Origin: a virus
DNA length: 64,000 bases
Reading direction: 5' to 3' (one strand)
Virus record (IMG/VR): IMGVR_UViG_3300021185_002756
Location: 34,238 to 98,237 of that record
The position numbers and the translations under genes are program-made. Positions 26,368-35,788 of the stretch are shown in pieces (positions within the stretch are counted from its first letter, which is position 1; every line of letters starts with the position of its first letter). Under the pieces are notes generated by a model, which ran no database searches, was not told where the DNA came from, and was given only the letters and a program-made list of their open reading frames with translations.

Positions 26368-27580
26368 AATGTATTACTTTGATGCCTTCCATGTCTTTTG
26401 GCAAGTTTCTCCATGGATCAACTATAGTTGAACCTTTTGGTATATCGCAATAAAAAGTATCATCCTTGGTATACTGTCCAGTATACCCATATGTGATGTA
26501 TCTGTTATGTGCATATAATATAATTGATGGTTCGTCTATTGTGGCAACTACGTCCTTTGGGTTGTCTGCAATTGGGTCAATGTATTTAACAGATAATCCT
26601 TGCTCTTCTATATAAAATCCAATCAGTGTACTATAACTTCCTATGCAAAAAGGCACATCAGGTTTGTATGCTTTACCGTGTATCACAATAGGTTTACCGT
26701 CTGCATTCTCAACTAAAAAGTCTGCTAGGTTCTTTGCTTGTACTTCTCTAGCACCCATAATAGTATCAAACATATCATAGCCAATGTCGTATTCTTTTGC
26801 TAACCAACGCAGTGCTATATTATCTCTTGGATGACATGCACCTGAGTCTCCCATGCCTGCAGTCATATACTTAGGACCCATAATACGCATTGTACTTTGT
26901 GCTAGAGCGTCTGTAACGACGTCAACGTTTATGTTACCTATCTTTAGTGCAAAGTCCTGTATCATGTTAACAAGTCCTACTTTAGCACTGATAAACGTAT
27001 TGTAAAATATTTTTATACTTTCACACTCGTCCCAGGTTCCAGTCACGTATCTTGGATTGTTACGCATCAATGGACGGTACAACTCAATGAGGTCTTCCAT
27101 CTCTGTCGGATCGCCTGTTTCAGTGCCGATCATTACCATTTCTGGATTGGCAAAGTCCCATTTCACACTGCCCATAGCAATCAAGTATGGGTTATATAAA
27201 AACTGGTGTTGGCTATCCAACATTGAATAAAAGTGTCTGCGTGTTGTACCAGGTAATACAGTTGATATTAACACTACTTTTTTTGGTTCAGTAGCATGTT
27301 CGTTAACCATTTTTATAGCATCTTTGACTGCGTCATGTCCAAAGTCTTTTGGTTCCATATGTGAACTTGGTATACTGCCATCATAGCCTTCTGCATGTGG
27401 TGTTTGCACTGCAACAAAAATCCAATCGCTGTTGTTAATCATTTCTTGTGGTGTTGCACAAACTTTAACACTGTCCGATGTACGTGGGTAAATATCATAA
27501 CCATGCACAGTATATTTTTCAGCCATTACTTCGGCACAGTCAAGTCCAAGTTTTCCAAGACCAACAAATCCAATTCTCAT
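26345..27580 (-). CDS. ugd: UDP-glucose/GDP-mannose 6-dehydrogenase family protein
   Basis: GLGKLG, VAVQTP, ISTVLPGT, YNP, KIFYNTF, GDSGACHPRD, GKAYKP, IVDPWR. Confidence 0.88.
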   Translation of the reverse strand: MRIGFVGLGKLGLDCAEVMAEKYTVHGYDIYPRTSDSVKVCATPQEMINNSDWIFVAVQTPHAEGYDGSIPSSHMEPKDFGHDAVKDAIKMVNEHATEPKKVVLISTVLPGTTRRHFYSMLDSQHQFLYNPYLIAMGSVKWDFANPEMVMIGTETGDPTEMEDLIELYRPLMRNNPRYVTGTWDECESIKIFYNTFISAKVGLVNMIQDFALKIGNINVDVVTDALAQSTMRIMGPKYMTAGMGDSGACHPRDNIALRWLAKEYDIGYDMFDTIMGAREVQAKNLADFLVENADGKPIVIHGKAYKPDVPFCIGSYSTLIGFYIEEQGLSVKYIDPIADNPKDVVATIDEPSIILYAHNRYITYGYTGQYTKDDTFYCDIPKGSTIVDPWRNLPKDMEGIKVIHYGNTRTQ

Positions 27581-27598
27581 TTAAGGTAACCTTTCTGA

Positions 27599-28690
27599 AT
27601 GTCTATTCCTACTAATAATTTATACAATTTTGTGGCCCAGGCCTTAGAAAACAAGTATCTGGTGAAACACTTTCATCCTTGGGGACATAAAGCATTCTCA
27701 AATGTTATAAACCACATTGAAGACGATTCTCCCGATATAGACTACAAAGATGTACCAGTATTGTTATGTCATGACCAAGAGCCTTTAGATTATGACCTTT
27801 ATAACGATACTAATCTTGTAGAACAGTTAGATACATTTTACCCTGTGCTACGTGATATAATAAAAGCACATCTCGATAAAGGTACCACGAACTTAAACCT
27901 ACGTTGGCTACAACCTGCTATGCATCAAGACTATTGGACATTGCTACACAGTGAAGTAAACTCTCCTGAAGTACTAAAATATGAAAGAACTGGCTTATTT
28001 AAATGTGCTTATTGGTGGGCACATGCTCCTATTGCAGTTGACTGGTACAGATTTGCTCGTTATGATACACGACTACAAAGGCAAAGTCAAGACATTGTGG
28101 CAAACTTTTTAGTATATGCAAGAGATACAACAGGCAAACGTGCCTACAGAAAGATATTCTTAGAACATCTTGCTCATATAGATAATGTACAATTAGGAAG
28201 TATAGATAGAAATATGATACCACCTATTGAAGGAGATGCTGATTACAATCCTTATCAGGAAGACATAACAAGTTCTAGTAGTGCTACCTATAATTGGGAA
28301 GATTTTGCACGTACAAATTGTAGCATTGTTCTTGAAACTGTATATGATCAACGCATACATCTTACAGAAAAAACACTGCGTCCATTAGCATGCGGACATC
28401 CGTTTATGGTATTAAGCGGCCCTGGTACACTAGAAAAAATACAAGAATATGGATTCAAAACATTTCAGCCGTACATAAACGAAAGTTATGATAAGGAACT
28501 AGGCCCATTGAAACGCATGGATATGGTTCTAAAAGAAATGCGTAGAATAAACAATTCAAGTGCAAAATACCAAAAATGGATATGGGATGGTTGTCAGCAA
28601 ATTGCTGACTACAACAAACGTTTATTCTTCGATGATAAGTTTATTTGGCGTGTTAAAACAGAACTAAGAAAAACCGTGCGAACTGTATAA
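27599..28690 (+). CDS. Glycosyltransferase-like (GT10-related C-terminal domain) protein
   Basis: SIVLET...LTEKTLRP...HPF...G..L...GFKTF...ESYD. Confidence 0.55.
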   Translation: MSIPTNNLYNFVAQALENKYLVKHFHPWGHKAFSNVINHIEDDSPDIDYKDVPVLLCHDQEPLDYDLYNDTNLVEQLDTFYPVLRDIIKAHLDKGTTNLNLRWLQPAMHQDYWTLLHSEVNSPEVLKYERTGLFKCAYWWAHAPIAVDWYRFARYDTRLQRQSQDIVANFLVYARDTTGKRAYRKIFLEHLAHIDNVQLGSIDRNMIPPIEGDADYNPYQEDITSSSSATYNWEDFARTNCSIVLETVYDQRIHLTEKTLRPLACGHPFMVLSGPGTLEKIQEYGFKTFQPYINESYDKELGPLKRMDMVLKEMRRINNSSAKYQKWIWDGCQQIADYNKRLFFDDKFIWRVKTELRKTVRTV

Positions 28691-29224
28691 TTCTATATCA
28701 TCTGCTAACTTTGCTTCAAGTGCGGATTCGTTAGCACTAAACCATCTGTTGTAATCAACTGTAAAATCTTGTGTGTAGTTACTGCGATTCTCTTCTTGCC
28801 AGCCTACGTGACATCCGCTTATAGCACTTAGGTCACTGCGTAGCTCACGCATCATGCCAGTGTGATACCAATGGTCAACTGCACATGGTGCATTATTCAC
28901 AAATGATTGTTGTGTACCAAAATGTACTAATAGGTCAGCCTGTTGGTGTGTTGGGTTCTTAGGCGGGTTACCCAAATACCAGTCACCGATCATATCAATA
29001 GTAAAATTATAACTGTATCTTGCGCCGCACCCATATGCAAACGTGCTTTTAAGTCTGCCCCAGGGCTCACGTAAGATACAAAACCTAAACGGTTCTTTTA
29101 TGTCTGCATCCTTAGTTGTCATCTGTGCTGCCCATGCACGCACAGTTTGGCTTGCACATTTAGGTATGTTTACAAAGTATAAGTTGTCTACAACTGGTTC
29201 ACTTGCATAGTATGTGTGGGTCAC
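28664..29224 (-). CDS. Sulfotransferase family 2 protein
   Basis: FVNIPKCASQTV (5'-PSB), LREPWGRLKS (3'-PB), HF..Q, DDIELY. Confidence 0.8.
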   Translation of the reverse strand: MTHTYYASEPVVDNLYFVNIPKCASQTVRAWAAQMTTKDADIKEPFRFCILREPWGRLKSTFAYGCGARYSYNFTIDMIGDWYLGNPPKNPTHQQADLLVHFGTQQSFVNNAPCAVDHWYHTGMMRELRSDLSAISGCHVGWQEENRSNYTQDFTVDYNRWFSANESALEAKLADDIELYSSHGFS

Positions 29225-29550
29225 TTTTTCTTGGTGTTCATTGCTTGTGTGCCAAAAAAGGCAGCCACAATAGCCGCAACTGATACAAAGTATACACTTG
29301 CCATGCTACCAAGTATCTTGCTTGCTTCTGTAAGTCCTATAAGCACTGCTAACACTACTGCAAATGGATACAGTAACATTCCAAACAGTGCAAACCAAGC
29401 CATACTCCGTTGTGCATCACGCATAGCGTCTGCATCTTCTAGTTCTTTGCGTTTGAACTCTAAATACATTGCTTGTTCTGCTTTAGTTACTTTTCCATCA
29501 CCGTTTGTATCTGCTGGATGAAAACCTGCTTCTTTGATTTCTTCTGCCAT
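29221..29550 (-). CDS. Two-TM membrane protein with EF-hand-like N-terminus (holin-like)
   Basis: DTNGDGKVTKAE loop; two TM helices; basic C-terminal tail. Confidence 0.65.
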   Translation of the reverse strand: MAEEIKEAGFHPADTNGDGKVTKAEQAMYLEFKRKELEDADAMRDAQRSMAWFALFGMLLYPFAVVLAVLIGLTEASKILGSMASVYFVSVAAIVAAFFGTQAMNTKKK

Positions 29551-29566
29551 TCTAGCTCTCCATTTA

Positions 29567-30148
29567 CTACATGATATTTATAATTTTATCATTGTCTTTA
29601 CGTGTGTGTTCACATTGATGTTTACGCCAATGAAAGTATAGTTCTGCTGGACTGTTCCAGTCTGCAAACGCCTCACGATAAAAGTCTATGGTTCTACTTT
29701 CTGAATCACTATTAGTAACTTTCTTTGGCTTTTGTTTAAACGTAGGATCAAATTCACCAATAAGCACAAACTTCTTTGCAGTGCGTTCAAAATATTCTTT
29801 TAGCCATACTATGTCTTGATTGGGTATGTGTCTTATAACTTGTAAACAGACGATAGCATCAAATTTTCTGTTACTGCGTGGTGGTTCACTGTAGTAACTT
29901 ACACATGGATCATACTGGTAACTGCTGGTAAATCCACAACGTTGATCAAATGGTGGAGTTTTAAGTGTGTACTGTTCACCTTTGCCACAACCATAATCCA
30001 ACAGTGTTTTCGCTTGGTGATGCTTTCGTAAACACTGTATTTGTTCAATATAGTTTTTACTGTCAGCACCTGCCCAAGCACTTTGAGTTTCTTGAAAGTG
30101 TGTGCCTTTTGCTACTGCGTCGTAGTATTCTTGTGATGGTTCCATCAT
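29567..30148 (-). CDS. Class I SAM-dependent methyltransferase
   Basis: LLDYGCGKG, YDP, FDAIVC..V..HIP. Confidence 0.85.
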   Translation of the reverse strand: MMEPSQEYYDAVAKGTHFQETQSAWAGADSKNYIEQIQCLRKHHQAKTLLDYGCGKGEQYTLKTPPFDQRCGFTSSYQYDPCVSYYSEPPRSNRKFDAIVCLQVIRHIPNQDIVWLKEYFERTAKKFVLIGEFDPTFKQKPKKVTNSDSESRTIDFYREAFADWNSPAELYFHWRKHQCEHTRKDNDKIINIM

Positions 30149-30628
30149 CTATTTAGCAAGAGGATTATCCAATGCACGTTGCAGTTTGTTGTCCATGTAC
30201 TTCTTAAGTTGTTCAACCTTGCTTACCAACAAATCCTTTTGTGCAACATATTGGTTCAACAGTGCGTCACGTTTGGTATCAAAGCGTTCTTCAGCATCGT
30301 CAACATAGGTGCGTGTTTTGTCTTCCAATTTGTTCATATCATCTTCTACTTTGTCAACAATGCGTTCAAGTCTTACAATGTCTTCACGTAGCCCATTTTT
30401 AATATCACGTGAGTAGTCTATCGCATCTGCTAGTTGCTGATTAATTAGCCTCTGTTGTGATTCTATCTTTTGTGTATCTATATTAGAGATAATTGCTTTC
30501 ATATCTCTGTAGTCTTTGTAGAATTCAAAACCAGCCCATAGCCCGCCTCCAAGTGTGGTTACTATAGGCAATACTAATAATAGTTTTGAACCTCCTACTT
30601 TAATACCACCATATTCTATTTCTGCCAT
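30149..30628 (-). CDS. Membrane-anchored coiled-coil protein
   Basis: N-terminal TM helix; long heptad region; ends ALDNPLAK. Confidence 0.75.
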   Translation of the reverse strand: MAEIEYGGIKVGGSKLLLVLPIVTTLGGGLWAGFEFYKDYRDMKAIISNIDTQKIESQQRLINQQLADAIDYSRDIKNGLREDIVRLERIVDKVEDDMNKLEDKTRTYVDDAEERFDTKRDALLNQYVAQKDLLVSKVEQLKKYMDNKLQRALDNPLAK

Positions 30629-30629
30629 T

Positions 30630-32198
30630 TTAATTTCCTTTTAAATTGTATTGTAATGCTTCTAAACGTTCATAGTTAGGATCGTTTACAAACCATCTTG
30701 CAAATGCATTATCCACTATGCGTCCGCCCTTTAGATTAACTTCTTCTTGTAGTTCACCGCCGTATAGTTTTGCTTTGTTATATTTGGCATAGTTTGGAAC
30801 ATAACCAATCATGCTGATCAATTGTGTTTGTATCTGTTGTTGTACTTCAAAACTAGCCGCCGTACTCATTTTATCAGCCAAGGACTGTGTGATTTCTTCA
30901 CGTATTTGTTTTATCTTTTTAGTTTTTGCTTTTACTGGATCAACTGGCACTGCTTCAACAATGACTACCTCTTCTATTACTTCTTCAACTGGTGTTTCTT
31001 CAACAACTGTCTCTTTTACTATCACCGGTGTTTCTACAACCACCACTGGAGGTTCAACTGTAATAGCATCATTTATCACAGGATCAAGAACCACAAAGTC
31101 GCCGTCGTTACCTGAAAGATCTACGTATCCAACACAAGCCTGATCGTACTGCGGATCTAAACCACACTGTTGATCAAAGTAAGCAGTTGCATATCCTGTA
31201 CAAGCCATATTGTATAATGCATCTGCTTTACACATTGCTATGAAATAGTCTGGACAACCAGGATCTGATGTGCCATCTTCTAGACACTGTTTATCAAAAT
31301 ATGCCTGATCATAACCTGTACAACCTTTATCATATAGTGGATCTAAAGTACACTGTTGATTGTAATATGCAGTGGTGTATCCTGGACAACTGGTACTATA
31401 CAGTGGATTACTGTTGCATTGTTGCGTTAAATAAGCGGCAGCATAGCCTGGACAACCTGAATCGTACAATGGATTAGCAGTGCATTGTTGATTGTAAAAT
31501 GCATCTGCATAGCCAGCACATGTAGGTGAACTAAGAGGATTAGCCGTACAAGGATCAATAGTATAGGTTATTTTAAATGAACTTGCATTAACATTGAATT
31601 CAGGACCGTAATGTCCTGCGAAGTTGTCAATATCTTGGGCCTGTGCCGATATTATAACATCTCCAAAGAAAGATGTTGGTTGAGGCATACTAAATGATCG
31701 TGTCCCAGTATAAGTTCTCCAACCAGTTCGACCATATGTGTAATCAAATGATGCAAAGGTGGATCCATCTGCTTTTTTAATATGGACTGTTATTTTCAAG
31801 GGATCAGTATTTGTTTGTAGGTTACCTGCAGTTGTATTAGCATTTTTAACACGCCAACCGTATTGAAATCCATTTACTTGTATACCAGCAGCTTCTAATG
31901 CAGTGTTCAGTGCAATAGTTGCACTAACAGTACTGTCTGCACCTCCCCATATAAAACCATTATTGTTGGGTAACCTGTTTGGAGCACTTGGGGTATCACC
32001 TCCTGAAGCAGTGCTTCCGCCCCAATAGCCTGTGCCATAAGTACCTGACCAGTTCTCAGCCTTTGAGTAGTCGTAATTGGTACCCATGTTATTATCTTTT
32101 AACAGATTGTCGCTGACGTCTGCGTTAGAGTAAGAGGAGTAGCAACAAGCCAAGACTAATGCCACCAGCAGCGATCGCACCATTTCTATTTTGAACAT
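30630..32198 (-). CDS. Exported protein with Cys-rich tandem repeats
   Basis: Signal peptide; beta-rich domain; seven CxxxPLYxxxCxGYxxAYxxQQ repeats; Glu/Val/Pro stalk. Confidence 0.8.
   Translation of the reverse strand: MFKIEMVRSLLVALVLACCYSSYSNADVSDNLLKDNNMGTNYDYSKAENWSGTYGTGYWGGSTASGGDTPSAPNRLPNNNGFIWGGADSTVSATIALNTALEAAGIQVNGFQYGWRVKNANTTAGNLQTNTDPLKITVHIKKADGSTFASFDYTYGRTGWRTYTGTRSFSMPQPTSFFGDVIISAQAQDIDNFAGHYGPEFNVNASSFKITYTIDPCTANPLSSPTCAGYADAFYNQQCTANPLYDSGCPGYAAAYLTQQCNSNPLYSTSCPGYTTAYYNQQCTLDPLYDKGCTGYDQAYFDKQCLEDGTSDPGCPDYFIAMCKADALYNMACTGYATAYFDQQCGLDPQYDQACVGYVDLSGNDGDFVVLDPVINDAITVEPPVVVVETPVIVKETVVEETPVEEVIEEVVIVEAVPVDPVKAKTKKIKQIREEITQSLADKMSTAASFEVQQQIQTQLISMIGYVPNYAKYNKAKLYGGELQEEVNLKGGRIVDNAFARWFVNDPNYERLEALQYNLKGN
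31125..31550 (-). repeat. Seven ~22-aa Cys-pair coding repeats
   Basis: CTANPLSSPTCAGY / CTANPLYDSGCPGY / CNSNPLYSTSCPGY / CTLDPLYDKGCTGY / CLEDGTSDPGCPDY / CKADALYNMACTGY / CGLDPQYDQACVGY. Confidence 0.9.
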
Positions 32199-32694
32199 CT
32201 TGTTTAGTCTCCAATACTACGGGTTCTGGAATTGCATCTGGATTGGCGTCCCAAGCATCTTGTGCTGACTGCCCAATCTTTCCTAAGTAAGGACATGGCG
32301 TGCCTGCCATCTTCATAGCATCATGCACTCTAGAATCTTGGCATAGCACACTTACTGCGGCCACTTTCATTCCCATGTCATATAGTGTCTTTGATAATTT
32401 TAATCTTTCACAGTTTGGATCTCTAACAGTTTCGCCTGAACTTATTCCTAGTATCTGTGTTTGTACTGCACCAGCAACTCCTACTGTACAAAGGTCACTG
32501 CCAGAGCCATTTACATTAGGTGTGATAGCACTACCAGGAGGCGATATCACAATTGTTTTTGTATCCGCATCTGTGGTCACGGTACTGTTGCTTTTACTGT
32601 CAGTGTTTACATTGCTTGTTGTTTGTGCAAATGCATTTCCTGCAGTCGTTATTATTAGAAGTGTCAATAATACTCTTAACACGGGCGTCTCCAA
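32125..32694 (-). CDS. Exported Cys-containing protein with C-terminal membrane anchor
   Basis: Signal peptide (AFA), four Cys, C-terminal GISLGLLLLLLL; TAAATA late box at 32725. Confidence 0.8.
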   Translation of the reverse strand: METPVLRVLLTLLIITTAGNAFAQTTSNVNTDSKSNSTVTTDADTKTIVISPPGSAITPNVNGSGSDLCTVGVAGAVQTQILGISSGETVRDPNCERLKLSKTLYDMGMKVAAVSVLCQDSRVHDAMKMAGTPCPYLGKIGQSAQDAWDANPDAIPEPVVLETKQDVQNRNGAIAAGGISLGLLLLLLL

Positions 32695-32727
32695 TTTGTA
32701 AGGTAAATCTCTATTCCGTTATAGTAT

Positions 32728-32844
32728 TTACACATTTTCTAGTTTTTCCTTCACTAGTACTTTATTAAGCAATGTATTAATCTCAATAAGTGTTTGTTCT
32801 AGCACTTTAATTTTTTCTTGTAATTCTTGTATTTTTTGTTCCAT
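32728..32844 (-). CDS. 38-aa coiled-coil micro-protein (not in ORF track)
   Basis: GAGGA RBS; MEQKIQELQEKIKVLEQTLIEINTLLNKVLVKEKLENV. Confidence 0.65.
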   Translation of the reverse strand: MEQKIQELQEKIKVLEQTLIEINTLLNKVLVKEKLENV

Positions 32845-32855
32845 ATACATCCTCG

Positions 32856-32927
32856 GAATTTCGCCTGCTGAGTAACGCAAGAACAGCCCCCTATTCTTTT
32901 CGCGTTACTCATCCTAGATGAAAATTC
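32856..32927 (-). ncRNA. Long imperfect hairpin (candidate structured leader)
   Basis: TGAGTAACGC/GCGTTACTCA and AAGAATAG/CTGTTCTT stems, outer GAATTT/AAATTC; a G-U pair favours the minus strand. Confidence 0.55.
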
Positions 32928-33036
32928 TAGCTCTCAATTTTACTTATAAGGATAATATTGCATATAACAAAAAATAACTTAATGGATATTTGTACCAAAT
33001 AATCGTCAAAATTCTAACACCGTCAAAATTTTGTAC

Positions 33037-33258
33037 CTAATTGTATCTTGGTTGGTTTTTGCCTATACGTGCAGGCTCGCACACTGCTGTGTAACTGCGT
33101 GTTTTTGGTTCATCTTCGCCAGCAGTACGATTGGGCACAGGCGGTTGATTGTTGAAACGACTTGCAAAGTATTTGCAATTGTCTATGTTGTTGAAGTACA
33201 TGTCATTGCTGATAATTTTTGAGCCAAGATAAACTATTAACAAAAAAGCATGGGACAT
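33037..33258 (-). CDS. Small protein with Cys pair
   Basis: TAATG-coupled; MYF..ID.C.YFA...TAVC.P. Confidence 0.7.
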   Translation of the reverse strand: MSHAFLLIVYLGSKIISNDMYFNNIDNCKYFASRFNNQPPVPNRTAGEDEPKTRSYTAVCEPARIGKNQPRYN

Positions 33259-33731
33259 TATGAATAATAGATTGCGGCACCAACGCCAGCGAATGCAACC
33301 ATTATAGCACCAATTACTAATAGTATCGCTTTGATGTCAGACCATAGTTCAGCACTTTCCTTACGTGCTTTTATTCTTGCTTGTTTTTGTGCCTGTTTAT
33401 GTTCTTGTATACGTCTAGCACGTTCTTCCATAATCTCACGCCAAGTGTTTGGCCCAAAACGCAAGTTAATCATATTTGAAATTTCTTGTAACTGTTCAGC
33501 GGCAAGTCTGGCATCAATTGCTTCACGTGCAATATGTGCAGTGTCAAATTGTTCTGCAACACCCATGCCTCTTTTGTTGGCACGTTTTTCAACTTCGTCT
33601 TTACCTCGAAGTAATCCATCGATAGCACTACCGATTTCACCTATGTCTTTGCAAGTATCAATATTAGACTTAATAAAGTCTACACTTGATTTTACCAATG
33701 CGATACCTGCTAGTATTTCTGCTACTGGCAT
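33258..33731 (-). CDS. Coiled-coil protein with C-terminal TM helix
   Basis: 157 aa; TATAAATA late box at 33782. Confidence 0.75.
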   Translation of the reverse strand: MPVAEILAGIALVKSSVDFIKSNIDTCKDIGEIGSAIDGLLRGKDEVEKRANKRGMGVAEQFDTAHIAREAIDARLAAEQLQEISNMINLRFGPNTWREIMEERARRIQEHKQAQKQARIKARKESAELWSDIKAILLVIGAIMVAFAGVGAAIYYS

Positions 33732-33815
33732 ATCATTCTTTCTGTTCCCCAGGTAGGAACAATCTAGCTCCTGGACATATGTATTTATATTTTATAGGAA
33801 TTATAATATGTGTGT

Positions 33816-34005
33816 TTATAAATCTGACACTATGACTTTTTCTGTAAGTATGCACACCGCTGCAGTATTTTTTTCAAATCTATTGCTTACATTTTTATAA
33901 TTGTTTACTGCAACATTACACACTTCTTGTGTTTCAAAAACACCAATCATCTCAACATGAGGGTTCACCTTCAGTAGGTGAACTACGACTAAAACCCAGA
34001 TCAAT
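33816..34005 (-). CDS. Small exported protein with Cys pair
   Basis: AAGGAG RBS; hydrophobic N-terminus; F.TQEVC...AVC; start uncertain. Confidence 0.55.
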
Positions 34006-34042
34006 ACTTTGCTCCTTAATATTGTCAACTGAGTATTTAATC

Positions 34043-34073
34043 AAAAAAAATAGCACCCGAAGGTGCTACTTTT
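34043..34073 (-). terminator. Intrinsic terminator of porin gene
   Basis: TAGCACC-TTCG-GGTGCTA-T8. Confidence 0.92.
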
Positions 34074-34091
34074 GTATTATTTAATTTCCTA

Positions 34092-35057
34092 TTAGAAGGA
34101 TGCACTAACTTTGAATTGTACTACTGAACCATCATCATCAGTCGATGCTTCTCCGCCGTTCTTGTACTCGTAGTCTGTGTAGTTCACATAACCAGTTAAA
34201 CCTGGAGCAATAGCATATTTAAGTTCAGCCATATGTTGCTTCAAGTTTTCTTTTTCTGTGCCTGAAACATCTAAACTGTCTTCTGATTCCATTGTTGAAA
34301 CTGCAATAGTCATAGTGTCATTAAGTTTGTAACTTGCACCAGCACCTACTGTGTCAATGTCTTCGTCAGCACCTTCTACTTTACTCATTGCACCAATCAC
34401 AGTAATATCACCTAATGCAATTTTTGCACCAATACTGTGTGATTCATTATCAACTGCACCAGATACACCTTGTTCGGCCATAGTAGCACCAATAGTAATA
34501 TTGTCGCCGATTGCTAATTTAGCACCTAATGCTGTAGCATCAGTATCGCCTGCAACACCACCGTCCATGTAACTTGCGCCTACTGTAAGTGGACCCATTG
34601 ATGGAGCAATGTATGATATTTTGTCTGAATCAGAACCGTATGCTTTTTCACCAGCACTTGATTGTATAGAAGAATCAGTGTATGTACCACCTACTTCTTC
34701 ATCCATGATATCATGCTCGCCTATGCCAAAACTTCCTGTTACATCATCGTTTCCGCCTAATGTAATTTTACCAAAGTCACCTTTGATGTACAGTGATGAT
34801 TCGTCAATCTTTGCATCTGAATCTGCAACAGTTGTCATTTCAACAACCATACCATAATCTAATCCAGTTTCTGTTTTATTTGAGAATGTAAATTTAATTT
34901 CGTTATCGGAGTTGCCCATTGAATCACCTTTTTGTGATGCAATTTGCGAGTCAACATCCTTGTAGTAAAACTCTGAAGTACCAGAGATTGTAACGTCTGC
35001 TAATGCAGTCGTACTAAGCAGTGTAGCTATCACTGCTAATGGGGCTAGTTTTTTCAT
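34092..35057 (-). CDS. Gram-negative outer-membrane porin
   Basis: Signal peptide MKKLAP...ALA; DVTISG, GDFGKITLG, DKISY.AP, YAIAPGL, terminal Phe; very acidic. Confidence 0.9.
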   Translation of the reverse strand: MKKLAPLAVIATLLSTTALADVTISGTSEFYYKDVDSQIASQKGDSMGNSDNEIKFTFSNKTETGLDYGMVVEMTTVADSDAKIDESSLYIKGDFGKITLGGNDDVTGSFGIGEHDIMDEEVGGTYTDSSIQSSAGEKAYGSDSDKISYIAPSMGPLTVGASYMDGGVAGDTDATALGAKLAIGDNITIGATMAEQGVSGAVDNESHSIGAKIALGDITVIGAMSKVEGADEDIDTVGAGASYKLNDTMTIAVSTMESEDSLDVSGTEKENLKQHMAELKYAIAPGLTGYVNYTDYEYKNGGEASTDDDGSVVQFKVSASF

Positions 35058-35123
35058 CTTATCTTTCCTTAAGGTTATTGTGAATGTGGTTTGGGTAACC
35101 ACCTTCTATTTAGCCGCTAGGCA

Positions 35124-35399
35124 CTAACCCTCTAATTTTTTGATGCGATCTTCTAGTTCGTCAATTTTTTTTGTAACATGTGGGTACTTTTTTCGCCAAG
35201 CATCCTTAGGTGGTTCTAACCAGGTCCATCCATAACGTTGTACAAAGTAATCTATGACTAGTACAAACTTTGCATAGCACCACAAACCAGCACGTGTGCC
35301 TTGAAACCATACTAAAAATGCCGCTCCAAATAAACTTCCTACTATACCAGTGTATATCCAAAGCCTATCGCTAGCCATACGTTCTATCATTTCCCACAT
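35124..35399 (-). CDS. Small membrane protein
   Basis: AGGAG RBS; TM helix; C-terminal coiled tail. Confidence 0.75.
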   Translation of the reverse strand: MWEMIERMASDRLWIYTGIVGSLFGAAFLVWFQGTRAGLWCYAKFVLVIDYFVQRYGWTWLEPPKDAWRKKYPHVTKKIDELEDRIKKLEG

Positions 35400-35408
35400 A
35401 CCATGCTC

Positions 35409-35759
35409 CTATTTGTAAAGTATTGGATCAAAATCTTCTGCGTCTTTGTATTTACTAATTCTATCTTCCATTATAGCATAGTAGCTATCTATCTCGCCAC
35501 CCCATTTGCCTTTGAGATGTTCTAGGGCATTTGTGCAGAAATTAAAGTCACCTTTTTGATAGTTTTCATAGAACTTATTGTGCAAATCTTTTTGTTCATC
35601 TATCTTGTTCATTTCTGTGATTGGTATGTTTTCAATCAAGCAGTATGCAGTTGTGGCTGGTAGTTCTGGATTGGATTTCCACTTCATTGTTTCTAAAGGA
35701 AGAACTGTATACTTGCCTTCCATTTTTTCTGCGTCTTCTTTGCCAATAATTATGTTCAT
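35409..35759 (-). CDS. Hypothetical protein resembling the C-terminal part of adenylate/guanylate cyclase-like proteins
   Basis: IIIG...YTVL.LE...Y..GDF..C...L.G.W...YY..M..RI; no cyclase catalytic core. Confidence 0.5.
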   Translation of the reverse strand: MNIIIGKEDAEKMEGKYTVLPLETMKWKSNPELPATTAYCLIENIPITEMNKIDEQKDLHNKFYENYQKGDFNFCTNALEHLKGKWGGEIDSYYAIMEDRISKYKDAEDFDPILYK

Positions 35760-35788
35760 GCTGTTCTCCTGAGTTAAGTATAGTTATA

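Noticed and set aside
32856-32927. SRP RNA or hammerhead identity for the hairpin (AGG/AGCAG loop; GATGAG...GAAA)
   Set aside because: No GNRA-capped short helix as in SRP, and no CUGAUGA core or three-way junction
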